A stretch of DNA of 64,000 bases. Origin: a virus. Each line of letters starts with the position of its first letter. Positions within the stretch are counted from its first letter, which is position 1. The notes beneath the pieces are model-generated. The model was not told where the DNA came from and ran no database searches. It worked only from the letters and a program-made list of their open reading frames with translations. Position numbers and translations under genes: made by a program. This document shows, in pieces, positions 47,600 through 57,288 of this stretch. The stretch lies in IMG/VR virus record IMGVR_UViG_3300045988_087402. One strand, given 5' to 3'.

Positions 47600-48724
47600 T
47601 TATGCAGCATATTTTCCGATTATTAAATTATAAGATTTCTGATTTAGTTTAGCACCTACACCATCCATAATAGAATTAAATTTATCTTCATTAGATTTAT
47701 AATTAATTCCATTGTTTATATATGAAGTAATTCCATTATATAACCAAAGAGCTGTTCCATAATTATAATCTTGACCAGCTCCTTTTTCAATATAAGTGAT
47801 AGCTTCTTTCATTTTATTTAAAGTTTTTGTAGCTATCAATTCATCACCATTAGTTATATTAAAGAAAGAACCTTTTGATTTAATATAATTTACTTGTTCT
47901 TCATTAAGAAATAAATCTTGTATAAATTCAATAGCATCTTTCTCTTTTACTTCTATTTTAGAAAGAGGTTCTAATGTTTCTACAAGTGTATTTTTATACA
48001 TAATAGCATTTTTCATAAGATTTGAACCTTCGTTTAAACGTTTATTTACATTTCTTGTATGTTTAAACATCATCTTATTTGTACAACCATTCAATGCCAT
48101 ATTTAAAGTATTATTACATACAACACGTATATCAGTAAAACAAGCTGTTATACTTCCACTTCCATCGTGTGTTGTTGTAAATAGAATATAATTATTTATT
48201 AAATCTTTAGCTATAATAAAATCCGGAAGTTTAGCTGTTACAAATATTCTTTCACCTTTTCCTAAAATTCCAGCTGTTTCTATAATTATATCTTTAGGAT
48301 GAATAATATCTTGATTACTTAAAACATTAAATATAAAATCTATAGCTACATAATTTTGAACAGGTTCATATCTATTACCTACTACACCTAATACATCGAG
48401 AGTATCTGTACGATATGTAGCATAATTTGTTTTAATAAGTTCTCCCTTTTTCTTTATACTATAAGGAATTGTTTCGTTTCCACTTCTATAATAACCTTTA
48501 TATTCACCAGTTATTAAATCTTTTTCACAAGTAACTGCACCATTTGGAATAAAACTTGCATACAAAGGAGCTAATTCTACTTTATAATCCATATTAGCAA
48601 GTTCTAATATTTCATTAGGAGTTTTAGCTTCTTCTACAATAGTTCCTAAACCATGCCAAGGAAGTTCTTTTAAACTATAAAAACTATAAGTTCCTCTAAT
48701 TTCGTTATAATTTATATTATCCAT
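47600..48724 (-). CDS. hypothetical protein (replication module)
   Basis: 374-aa ORF, no recognised motif. Confidence 0.35.
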   Translation of the reverse strand: MDNINYNEIRGTYSFYSLKELPWHGLGTIVEEAKTPNEILELANMDYKVELAPLYASFIPNGAVTCEKDLITGEYKGYYRSGNETIPYSIKKKGELIKTNYATYRTDTLDVLGVVGNRYEPVQNYVAIDFIFNVLSNQDIIHPKDIIIETAGILGKGERIFVTAKLPDFIIAKDLINNYILFTTTHDGSGSITACFTDIRVVCNNTLNMALNGCTNKMMFKHTRNVNKRLNEGSNLMKNAIMYKNTLVETLEPLSKIEVKEKDAIEFIQDLFLNEEQVNYIKSKGSFFNITNGDELIATKTLNKMKEAITYIEKGAGQDYNYGTALWLYNGITSYINNGINYKSNEDKFNSIMDGVGAKLNQKSYNLIIGKYAA

Positions 48725-48733
48725 AATTGCAAT

Positions 48734-49462
48734 TTATTTAAATATAGCAGTTGTTGATGTATTTTCAGTAATATTTAAATCAGCTATAATCTCTTCATAT
48801 TCCGAAAGATTTTCATAAACAGCTTCTACATCATCTTCTTCTCGTTTATTAACAATTATATTTTCATATTCTTCTCTACTTTTTATAAGTTCTTTTGCAT
48901 AAGTTTTATTTAAAGACTTTTTAATGTCTTTAATTTCATATTCATAATTATTACATTTACTAATAAAATCTCTATAATCTACGATTGGAATTTTTACAGT
49001 AAGTTCTACATTAATTAGATTATCTATTATATCAACTTGATTATAACTATAATATTCATTTTCTACTTTATCAATAACAAATTCCAATTTTCTATCATCA
49101 TAATCTATACTTTTGCTATCTTTTGTATAAACTGTAAAGTCAGGATATTTAAGTTTATAATTTGTATTAGATTTTATACCATATATTTTAAGAGTTTCTA
49201 CGATATTATTTTTAATAAGTCGTATAGTATTTTCTCTACTTGCTATTTTATTTTTTAATCTTTCTTGTTCATCTTTTACATATTCTTTTTCATATTTATA
49301 TCTATCTATAATATATTTATAATTTCTAAGTTTATCTTCAAGTTCACTTTCATTAATAGATAATTTTTCTGCAATTTCGGGAGTTATTTCACCTTCATTA
49401 TCTTCAATAATAGAAAGAATATCTTCGTATTCTTTTGCTATATCAAATATATTTTTACCCAT
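48734..49462 (-). CDS. hypothetical acidic coiled-coil protein
   Basis: 242 aa, E/K/Y-rich. Confidence 0.3.
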   Translation of the reverse strand: MGKNIFDIAKEYEDILSIIEDNEGEITPEIAEKLSINESELEDKLRNYKYIIDRYKYEKEYVKDEQERLKNKIASRENTIRLIKNNIVETLKIYGIKSNTNYKLKYPDFTVYTKDSKSIDYDDRKLEFVIDKVENEYYSYNQVDIIDNLINVELTVKIPIVDYRDFISKCNNYEYEIKDIKKSLNKTYAKELIKSREEYENIIVNKREEDDVEAVYENLSEYEEIIADLNITENTSTTAIFK

Positions 49463-49465
49463 GTT

Positions 49466-49783
49466 TTAATCTTTATTATTAAATTTAATAGTTGTTTGTT
49501 CCATAAATTTACATTTTCGTTTAACTTCATTATAAGAAGTAATACGACATCTTATACATAATTCATCAATAGTTTTTATAAGATATGCAACTTCATTTGA
49601 TGAATAAGTTGGAATCTCTTTTACAACAATATATTTACTATCTAAAGTCTCAATATATTGATATAATTGAGATTTATTATCTATATCATGTAGTACAATA
49701 TCTTTTTTAATATCATCTTCTAATTCAATATAATCTTTAAATGAAATATAAGTTTCAACTATTTTTAATTCATTATCTTTCAT
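49466..49783 (-). CDS. hypothetical protein
   Basis: 105-aa ORF. Confidence 0.3.
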   Translation of the reverse strand: MKDNELKIVETYISFKDYIELEDDIKKDIVLHDIDNKSQLYQYIETLDSKYIVVKEIPTYSSNEVAYLIKTIDELCIRCRITSYNEVKRKCKFMEQTTIKFNNKD

Positions 49784-50471
49784 AATTATTATTATTTATA
49801 TAATCAACAATATTATATGCTACTTCTGTAGCATATTCATATAAGTTTTGAAAAGTACTATTATTTTCAATAACATAATTCCATTCTACACAATCATCTA
49901 AATCTGTTTCAGTACAATGTTTTCTAAATGATTCATTATTATCTTTTATATTTCTATTAATTCTAATAAATATAACATCTTTTCTATTTTTAACTCTATT
50001 ATATTCATCTTTAAGTCTTAAATCTGTAACTATAGCAATATTTTTATTAAATATATCTTTATATACTCCTACCCTACCTAATAAAGAATCTATAAAGAAA
50101 TAAGGATTATCTTTTCTTACAATATCCCCAAAATAAATAAGAAGTTCTCTTATTGTAAGATTTTTACCATTAATTTTATAACAACTTTTTGAACGTTTAA
50201 ATAAATCTATATTTAAATATTTAGAATCAATACCTATTAAACCTGCTACAGAATCTTTTAATGGTTCTGCTAAAGCAGTAAAATATATACTATTAAATAT
50301 AGATTTTACATCATCTCCGTTATCAATTCTTTCAACAATATTCATAAAATTATTGATATTCGGATGATAATTAGCTTTATTAGGATTTGTGATATAATGT
50401 AATACATGTCCTAACATGATACCAAATGTATCTTTTCCACTACCAGCTTTACCATTAATGAATATTATCAT
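49773..50471 (-). CDS. deoxynucleoside monophosphate kinase-like P-loop protein
   Basis: N-terminal MIIFINGKAGSGKDTFG resembles T4 gp1 dNMP kinase (..IFLSGVKRSGKDT..). Confidence 0.5.
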   Translation of the reverse strand: MIIFINGKAGSGKDTFGIMLGHVLHYITNPNKANYHPNINNFMNIVERIDNGDDVKSIFNSIYFTALAEPLKDSVAGLIGIDSKYLNIDLFKRSKSCYKINGKNLTIRELLIYFGDIVRKDNPYFFIDSLLGRVGVYKDIFNKNIAIVTDLRLKDEYNRVKNRKDVIFIRINRNIKDNNESFRKHCTETDLDDCVEWNYVIENNSTFQNLYEYATEVAYNIVDYINNNNYER

Positions 50472-50688
50472 TTTCTATATTTATTTCTTGTCTTTCAAAT
50501 TGTCCAGATAAAACACGTTTTGCAGCTTCTAATTTAATAGCTTTTGAAGTATTAGAATCAATATTTTTAGAACATATTCTAAATGCTTCTCTTGCTACTA
50601 AATCATTTCCTCGTGTCTTACCATATTTATTATTTATTATATCAAGTAATTCATTAAGACTTTTATTTTCTATTTCATCTCTTGTCAT
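50455..50688 (-). CDS. hypothetical protein
   Basis: 77-aa ORF. Confidence 0.25.
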   Translation of the reverse strand: MTRDEIENKSLNELLDIINNKYGKTRGNDLVAREAFRICSKNIDSNTSKAIKLEAAKRVLSGQFERQEINIENDNIH

Positions 50689-50694
50689 ATTAAT

Positions 50695-50952
50695 TTAATT
50701 CTTATTTTCATCTAAATGTTTATGATAATTATATAAAGTTTCAAATGTATCATTATATAGACTTGCATCAAAATCTTTATATAAAACTTTTATATGTTTA
50801 TCTAATATATCTGTTATAGAACTACAAACTTTAATTTCTTCCAAAGTTACTTTAGAATTATCTTTAAGGAACAATTCTATATTTTTGTCACTAACTTTAA
50901 TATCTTTTAAAGCCTGTCGAATAATCTCTTTAAATTCAGCTTTAGAAATCAT
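50695..50952 (-). CDS. hypothetical protein
   Basis: 85-aa ORF. Confidence 0.25.
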   Translation of the reverse strand: MISKAEFKEIIRQALKDIKVSDKNIELFLKDNSKVTLEEIKVCSSITDILDKHIKVLYKDFDASLYNDTFETLYNYHKHLDENKN

Positions 50953-52135
50953 AATATTTAGAATAATTTATTTTTAATAATGTATATACTTTATCGGATA
51001 ATCTTTTAATTTGTGGATGAGCACATTTTGCACTCCGTTGAGGAATAAAACCTTTATTTTCTTTTATAATAATTCCATTAATATTATTTTCGATAGATTC
51101 TCCAACCCACATATCCATAGTTCCTGTCATATATAATTCAGTCTTTAAACCGAGTGGTAATATATCTCTCGCAAATTGTTGATTTATACCAATTTCAATA
51201 GAATCTTTATAATATTGTTCACATGTAACATAACCATCTGTTTCTATTTCATTAAATGTAATTATTGAATTAGAAGTTTCTTTACTTCTTACATAATCAC
51301 TTATATTATAAGATGGTATAAATTTAATTGTATCACCAGATTTGCTATAATTTATATATCTTGTAGATTCTTGCATAGGAGCTATTTCACTATGACGTAT
51401 AATTTCATTTGCTATAGCCCTATTTGTAATAAATTTAAAAGTTGAAACATATATTTCTGGAGCATTCATTAATATAATATTTGGATTAACACGTTTTAAT
51501 GCATCATTTATATAAGATTTAGTATAACTTTCCGGAATATAATCTATCATAGAATAATCTATATTAAATATACTTTTTAATTCCGGTGTACAATCCCACA
51601 TTTTATTAATAATAATATTCATTAAATGGTAATCATTAATGAAACTTTTTCTTACATCATTTCTTTTGCTATTAATTAACATATCTAATAAACTTCTATA
51701 TGATACAGCTATATATCTTGCGTCATTAGATACTTGTATATATCTATTATAATAAATAAGTTTATAAATAATATCACTTGAAGATAAAAAGAAAGCATTT
51801 ACAAGACCACCTATATCAAAATATACAAATTCATGAGCTAATATAGAAGTGTGACCATCTTTTATTCGATTTTTTACAAAATTAATATAACTATTTTCTG
51901 TAATGTTATGTTCTTTCTTAGTACATACTTTACCTATAAGTTCTATTTTTTTAAGACCTTCTTTGATAATTAATTCAACAGAATCATTAACTATTTCCAT
52001 ATCTTTAAAAGAATTAATTTTATTATTAATTACGAATGATAATGAGATTTGATGTGTATACAAGTCGTGTTCGTAGAATGCCCGTAAAGGCCATAAATAA
52101 GCCCTATAATCGAATATAATTTTTAAGACGAACAA
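50942..52135 (-). CDS. thyX: ThyX-like flavin-dependent thymidylate synthase (extended)
   Basis: RHSEIAPMQESTRY fits the ThyX signature RHRxxSxxxxSxRY with two substitutions. 397 aa is longer than the canonical ~230 aa. Confidence 0.4.
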   Translation of the reverse strand: MFVLKIIFDYRAYLWPLRAFYEHDLYTHQISLSFVINNKINSFKDMEIVNDSVELIIKEGLKKIELIGKVCTKKEHNITENSYINFVKNRIKDGHTSILAHEFVYFDIGGLVNAFFLSSSDIIYKLIYYNRYIQVSNDARYIAVSYRSLLDMLINSKRNDVRKSFINDYHLMNIIINKMWDCTPELKSIFNIDYSMIDYIPESYTKSYINDALKRVNPNIILMNAPEIYVSTFKFITNRAIANEIIRHSEIAPMQESTRYINYSKSGDTIKFIPSYNISDYVRSKETSNSIITFNEIETDGYVTCEQYYKDSIEIGINQQFARDILPLGLKTELYMTGTMDMWVGESIENNINGIIIKENKGFIPQRSAKCAHPQIKRLSDKVYTLLKINYSKYYDF

Positions 52136-52195
52136 ATGTTCATCCGTATAAAATAATTGATTATAAGGCTTTAAAATCGGTATTAATTATCGGAC

Positions 52196-52516
52196 TTATT
52201 TAAGTCGTTTAAGTCTATATAGGACTTGTAATGTAGCTTCATCAATAGTATCTACAATAGCAATTTGAACATTTTCTACTAAGACATTTCTTATATTCTT
52301 AGTTGAAATTCTAAATTTATTAAAATAATCTATTATATTAGTAGGTTTATCTGTTTTAGGAACAGTAATATTTATATCTCCATATAAGGCTATTGAAGTT
52401 TCAGCTAATGAATCAACTGAAGCATTCATTTGTTCTATAAATTGGTCAAGAGCTATATGTTGAGCATAAGAAGCTGTACCTGTAACATCCCAATGATATA
52501 ACTTTGCACCTCCCAT
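52196..52516 (-). CDS. hypothetical protein
   Basis: 106-aa ORF. Confidence 0.3.
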   Translation of the reverse strand: MGGAKLYHWDVTGTASYAQHIALDQFIEQMNASVDSLAETSIALYGDINITVPKTDKPTNIIDYFNKFRISTKNIRNVLVENVQIAIVDTIDEATLQVLYRLKRLK

Positions 52517-52608
52517 TACACTACGGCATTCACCTATATACTCACCAATTTTATTCTTATCTACACTCTTTAATTTATATCTGCCATATTAGTTTCATTT
52601 TTATTAAA

Positions 52609-53958
52609 TTATTCGTAATCTCTTATACCAATTACATTAGCATGAAAAGGTATTCCGTTTTTAGTACGTTCATAAAACTTTATAGTAGCAAATTTACCTT
52701 TATAATAATCTTTATTATTTAAAATATTAAGTTTATCTTCTACTGTACCAGTTCCATTACATTCAAACATTAAATCATTTATATCATTCAATAAAGTATA
52801 AACTATAGTAAATCCAACTTTATCATTTGGATTTCCTTTTGATTCTATATCTACAATTTCAAATTCAGAATCTTTAAACTTTTTAAGTTTCATCATTGTT
52901 TTAGGTCTTTGTCCAAAACAATAATCAGCTTTTTTATTTCGTATTACCGCACCTTCAAAACCATTTGATATAGCACATTCCATATAATTTATAGATTCCA
53001 TATCATTATTAGCTATATCACTATTAAGTACAATAATATTATAACGATTCCAAAGATAATGTTGATTTAATACTTCGTTTATAAATATTCTTCCAGCACA
53101 CATATTGTAAGAAGAATGATTATTTTTATTAATATAATCTTCCCAAATTTTAAATCGTAATTTATCTCTATCTTCGTTATTAACATCTTCTATACTTAAA
53201 TCAAAATTAACAAATGTTAATAATTCATTAAGAGGATTAGCTATATTTCGAGCAGCACCACCAATAGTTGTAACTTTTTCATCTTTAATATATAATTCAC
53301 CATCAAATACTATATTTTTATATTGTGGAAATTGACTATAAAGATGATTAAATACTTGTTCTATATATGGAACATTGTAAACGAGACCTTCTTTAGTTTT
53401 AATTACAGAAGTATATCTTTTATCATTAATATAAATTCCTTTAGAACTAAATAAATCAGTAGGAGTATATTCTTCTAACATTATTACAGCCCTAACTCCA
53501 TTAATTTTAGGTTGTATAATACATGGATAATTAAATGTGTCAATTTTAAAAGTTTGACACTTCATAGGTTTTACACAATTATTAGCATCAGTATTATATT
53601 TAGGAAGAATAGATTCTAAATGACCTATAAGATAATTTAAATCATTAATATTTTTAACATCTATATTTTGTTCTTTTATTATAGTATCTAATGATTTATA
53701 TCCTTTTTTAATTTGACGATTATATGCACTTTTAAGTTCATTAGCAGCTTGTTGATAAGGAGTTGTCTCGTTCTTTTTACCTATATTTTTACCTTTTATT
53801 TTATCACTATAAGTAACAATAGGATTATCTGTATTTAATTCTCCATATGTATATTTTAATCTACAATTTTCTATATCTTCTCCGGCAGATATTACACTAC
53901 CTTTCCAATACATCACTTTACCATTAATATTTCTTTTAAAAAGAACAGTAGTTTCCAT
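52609..53958 (-). CDS. ATP-dependent DNA ligase (nucleotidyltransferase superfamily)
   Basis: Motif I QPKINGVRAV (KxNG; Asn where Asp is usual), motif III FDGELYI, motif IV FEGAVIRNK, motif V KLKKFK. Confidence 0.6.
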   Translation of the reverse strand: METTVLFKRNINGKVMYWKGSVISAGEDIENCRLKYTYGELNTDNPIVTYSDKIKGKNIGKKNETTPYQQAANELKSAYNRQIKKGYKSLDTIIKEQNIDVKNINDLNYLIGHLESILPKYNTDANNCVKPMKCQTFKIDTFNYPCIIQPKINGVRAVIMLEEYTPTDLFSSKGIYINDKRYTSVIKTKEGLVYNVPYIEQVFNHLYSQFPQYKNIVFDGELYIKDEKVTTIGGAARNIANPLNELLTFVNFDLSIEDVNNEDRDKLRFKIWEDYINKNNHSSYNMCAGRIFINEVLNQHYLWNRYNIIVLNSDIANNDMESINYMECAISNGFEGAVIRNKKADYCFGQRPKTMMKLKKFKDSEFEIVDIESKGNPNDKVGFTIVYTLLNDINDLMFECNGTGTVEDKLNILNNKDYYKGKFATIKFYERTKNGIPFHANVIGIRDYE

Positions 53959-53964
53959 AATATT

Positions 53965-54450
53965 TTATTTAGATTCTTTCTTATTAGGAGCTTCTTTAAC
54001 TACTATACAATATTTTGGCATATTTATTCTATTCATTAAACAGTGCCAACTACCCCAAGCTGTTCTATGGTCACAAACATCTTCTAATCCAAGTTCTTTT
54101 GCACACCAACATTTATAACTATTTCTAACTACATTTCTAATTTCATCTTTAATACTTTTCGGACGAGGTAATATACTTTTTAAAAGAGCTTCTGTTTGTT
54201 CTCTATATTCTTTTTTCATTTTATCTGGAGCATTCCAAACTTCAGATTCTCCGTGAATAATTATATCTTGCGGACGTATATCATATTTATCTACAAAAGC
54301 AGCAATATGAAAAGAATTAGAACATCTTTCAGCTTCTTTAATTATAGATTTATATAAATATTCTTCTACTGAATAAAGATTATATTCATTACCTTTAGAA
54401 TCAATATTTATAAGATATATACCAAGTATACCTTTCGTTTCTCTATTCAT
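53965..54450 (-). CDS. Cys/His-rich hypothetical protein
   Basis: 161 aa. The C-terminal CWCAKELGLEDVCDHRTAWGSWHC cluster suggests metal binding. Confidence 0.3.
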   Translation of the reverse strand: MNRETKGILGIYLINIDSKGNEYNLYSVEEYLYKSIIKEAERCSNSFHIAAFVDKYDIRPQDIIIHGESEVWNAPDKMKKEYREQTEALLKSILPRPKSIKDEIRNVVRNSYKCWCAKELGLEDVCDHRTAWGSWHCLMNRINMPKYCIVVKEAPNKKESK

Positions 54451-55493
54451 ATCTTTAATATCTTTTTAATTATTAAATCGAATTGTTCATATACTTTATT
54501 ATATCCGTATTTTTTTACCATATCTGTTGGGTCTTTAGAATCATATCCTAATGTAAAATATATAGGATGTATTCCGAGAGTTTCTTCTAAATGAATCATA
54601 CCTTTTATTCCAGCACTATCATTATCGAATAAACTATATATATTGTCTTTATTAGTATATTTACTTATTACTGTATGTATATCATTAGGTATATTTACTG
54701 TTTCTGATGCAGCAGATAATATCTGTATATTTTTAATATTTTTTTCAATAATAATTCTATCAAATAAAATCTTATCTTTTATAGATTTTATTATAATAGT
54801 ATAATCTGCTTTTTTTATATTATCTATATTCTCTATAGGAACTCTATTATTTGTAATAAATCTTATATCTTTTTTAGTCCTAAAAGGAAAATATAATTTT
54901 ATTTTATTCGGATTAACTCTATAAGCATAACAAGGGTCACAACCTGTATATCTATAAGGAGACATACGACCATTAATATAATAACTATCTACAACTTTTA
55001 CATTTTTATTAAAATATTCTTCATTAATTCCAAACTGTTCATAAAATATATAATTTAGACGATTTGGTTTACGAGAATTATATTCAATTATAGTATTATT
55101 TTTAGATAATTCTTTTTCTTCTCTTTCTTTAGCTATTATAATATCTGCATTATCTTTAGTACATGTAACAATTATGTCACTACATATATCTATAAATCCT
55201 TGTCTGCTTCTACAATCTTTATTTATAATATTTCCTACAACTTCAAATATATCTCCACTATATCTATTATCTCCAAAATCTCTTGCAATAAGTTTATCGT
55301 TATAATATTTAAATTTTAGTGAAGGACTTTTTTCATATCTATAAGAATTAAGTATTTTACAATTATCTATAATACTAATTCTTATATCTTCAATACTAAT
55401 TCCAAGATATTTACTAAATACAAGTTCTTGATTAATATTCTCGATAATATATTGTTTTAAATCCATAATATCTTGAAATATTTTTAGATGCAC
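54447..55493 (-). CDS. DnaG-like primase (zinc-ribbon + Toprim)
   Basis: YRYEKSPSLKF resembles the DnaG zinc-binding HxEKTPSF. C-terminal FDNDSAGIKG is a Toprim DxDxAG motif. The start may be GTG or a downstream ATG. Confidence 0.55.
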   Translation of the reverse strand: MHLKIFQDIMDLKQYIIENINQELVFSKYLGISIEDIRISIIDNCKILNSYRYEKSPSLKFKYYNDKLIARDFGDNRYSGDIFEVVGNIINKDCRSRQGFIDICSDIIVTCTKDNADIIIAKEREEKELSKNNTIIEYNSRKPNRLNYIFYEQFGINEEYFNKNVKVVDSYYINGRMSPYRYTGCDPCYAYRVNPNKIKLYFPFRTKKDIRFITNNRVPIENIDNIKKADYTIIIKSIKDKILFDRIIIEKNIKNIQILSAASETVNIPNDIHTVISKYTNKDNIYSLFDNDSAGIKGMIHLEETLGIHPIYFTLGYDSKDPTDMVKKYGYNKVYEQFDLIIKKILKI

Positions 55494-55497
55494 AGTT

Positions 55498-55533
55498 TAA
55501 TGGCCACAAGGGCGAGAGGTGTTCCGAAATTCG
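55498..55533 (+). repeat. GC-rich element copy D (reverse on plus strand; forward relative to the minus-strand primase gene)
   Basis: taatggccacaagggcgagaggtgttccgaaattcg. Abuts the primase start codon. Same orientation relative to the downstream gene as copy A. Confidence 0.85.
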
Positions 55534-55542
55534 TATATATGA

Positions 55543-55576
55543 ATAGTGGCGATAATATTTCTACTACCGCCACTAT
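55543..55576 (-). terminator. stem-loop atagtggcg / cgccactat (9-bp perfect stem, 16-nt loop)
   Basis: Read directly, between the stop of 55602-56426 (minus) and copy D. Confidence 0.35.
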
Positions 55577-55601
55577 CTCCACTAATAATGATTTTTATAG
55601 A

Positions 55602-56426
55602 TTAATTATAACCATCTATAATCTTTTGAACTTCGGGGTCTATACCACCATTATCAATAGGAACGCTACCATTTGCTATAGCCTTTTCTGTTTTACTTGC
55701 AGAAACATCTTTAGCTAAAACTACAGTTTCATTAGGTTCGAGAGCTATAGAAGGATTTACTTTAGGAAGTATTCTTTCAATAAATCCACGACCTACGAAA
55801 TTAGGAATAGCAAGATATTTTCTTGTTCCATAATTAGCTACAAGTTTAAGATAAAATCCTACACCTTTATAATAAGGTTTTTCATCATTACCTTTAATAG
55901 TATTAAGGAAATGTGTATAGAAAGCTCGGAACTGTTTAATTCTAACTTCTACATTAGCTTCTATATCAATTCCCGGAACAGCTTCATCATCCGTAAATCC
56001 GGGTATTCCTACCATACTATTTACAATATGTTGAAGTTGGTCAAATTGCATCTTAATAAGTCCAATTATAGACTTACGTTCTATAGGTGCACCATTATTA
56101 TTAATTACAGGAACAACTTTAAATCTATGTTCGTAATAACGAGGTTTCGGGTCTTCATTAGTAGGAATTTGCTTAAAAGTAATAACCAATGTAGGAATAG
56201 AATAACCAGCATATTCAAAAGTAGATTCCTGCTGAGTTTCAGGATTAATTTTAGAAGTTTCATGTTCTTCTATTCGTACATCATCTATAGTAACACGACA
56301 AAGATTTCCTATTGCCGGTTCAGGTTTCATAGTAAGACGACGTTCTACTTTTTTATCTTCAAATATAATCATCGAACTTGAAACTTGATTCTCCATTTTT
56401 GAATTAGAATTTACATTAGTGCCCAT
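55602..56426 (-). CDS. hypothetical protein
   Basis: 274-aa ORF, moderately GC-richer than its surroundings. Confidence 0.35.
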   Translation of the reverse strand: MGTNVNSNSKMENQVSSSMIIFEDKKVERRLTMKPEPAIGNLCRVTIDDVRIEEHETSKINPETQQESTFEYAGYSIPTLVITFKQIPTNEDPKPRYYEHRFKVVPVINNNGAPIERKSIIGLIKMQFDQLQHIVNSMVGIPGFTDDEAVPGIDIEANVEVRIKQFRAFYTHFLNTIKGNDEKPYYKGVGFYLKLVANYGTRKYLAIPNFVGRGFIERILPKVNPSIALEPNETVVLAKDVSASKTEKAIANGSVPIDNGGIDPEVQKIIDGYN

Positions 56427-56455
56427 TGTTTATATATCTTATTATAAATGACGAA

Positions 56456-56490
56456 AAAGAGTAGTAATTTAATTAGAATTACTACTCTTT
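56456..56490 (-). terminator. 14-bp perfect stem-loop aaagagtagtaatt / aattactactcttt
   Basis: Read directly, ~35 nt downstream (minus strand) of the stop of 56524-57237. Confidence 0.55.
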
Positions 56491-56523
56491 AAATGATAGA
56501 TTAATGATAGATATTAAAGAAGA

Positions 56524-57237
56524 TTAAAGAAGATTTTCTATATCACTTTTACTATTTACCGGTATATCAATATCTTCAGTTTCTACATTATTATCTTCAA
56601 CTTCATTTTCTACATCTTCGTTTTTAATAGCTTCCTTCTTCTTTTCATCAGGATAACGCTTAATAACATTCTTAAGAACGAATACCCTTTCATAAGTAGT
56701 ATCACCTACCGTTACAGGAATAGCTACTTCATTTTCATCTGTTACAAGTTCTACTTCATAAGCGAGCTGATAAGGAACGAGATTTGCATAGCACATTTCT
56801 TTCTTACCATCTCCTTTGTCTCGACTCATCTGGGTAGGAACATATTCCATAATACCTTTTTCTACAAGAGCGCGTTCACCAAGAGGCTGTGCATCTAAAT
56901 CTTCTTGTATCATAAGGCTCCAAAGAGAAGAATAACTAAAGTTGAGAACTTTCGGAGCACCAATAGTTTTATTACTGGAAGCCAGTTTAGCATCCTTAGC
57001 TGTACCCTTAGCAATAAAGAACTTTTCATCAAGACTTTCTGCATCAGGAATATAGAACATAACTACATTATCACCATTGTCTACATCCAACAGAGCTGCT
57101 GCCGAAGCATTCATAGTGAATTTGTTAATAGCACGACCAGTAACAACTTCCGGACGAGCGTCATTAGTAGTTTTCGTTCCTTTTGCAACAACGTTCAGAT
57201 TAGAAAGTTTTGATGCGCTGAAAATTGACTTTTTCAT
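56524..57237 (-). CDS. hypothetical protein with atypical (GC-richer) composition and acidic C-terminal tail
   Basis: 237 aa. Visibly higher G+C (roughly 38-40% by eye) than the flanking ~27%. C-terminus DVENEVEDNNVETEDIDIP is acidic. Confidence 0.4.
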   Translation of the reverse strand: MKKSIFSASKLSNLNVVAKGTKTTNDARPEVVTGRAINKFTMNASAAALLDVDNGDNVVMFYIPDAESLDEKFFIAKGTAKDAKLASSNKTIGAPKVLNFSYSSLWSLMIQEDLDAQPLGERALVEKGIMEYVPTQMSRDKGDGKKEMCYANLVPYQLAYEVELVTDENEVAIPVTVGDTTYERVFVLKNVIKRYPDEKKKEAIKNEDVENEVEDNNVETEDIDIPVNSKSDIENLL

Positions 57238-57288
57238 AATTTTAAAATGTTTTTATTTGTTATTTAATTTAATGATAGATTGATAAAT

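Noticed and set aside
53965-54450. Possible second GIY-YIG endonuclease (GILGIYLINIDSKGNEYNLYSV)
   Set aside because: GIY is present but no YIG, Arg or Glu catalytic residues follow at the correct spacing. Left as a Cys/His-rich hypothetical.
55488-55718. 76-aa plus-strand ORF starting inside GC-rich element copy D
   Set aside because: It reads through the repeat and the downstream hairpin in an intergenic region and has no coding-like composition. Artefact of the GC-rich element.
56509-56533. 10-bp tandem ttaaagaaga x2 and the recurring ttaatgatagat motif (56493, 57271) after minus-strand stops
   Set aside because: Very short AT-rich repeats that partly overlap the coding C-terminus. Likely chance or codon-level repetition (..KEDLKEDF..).
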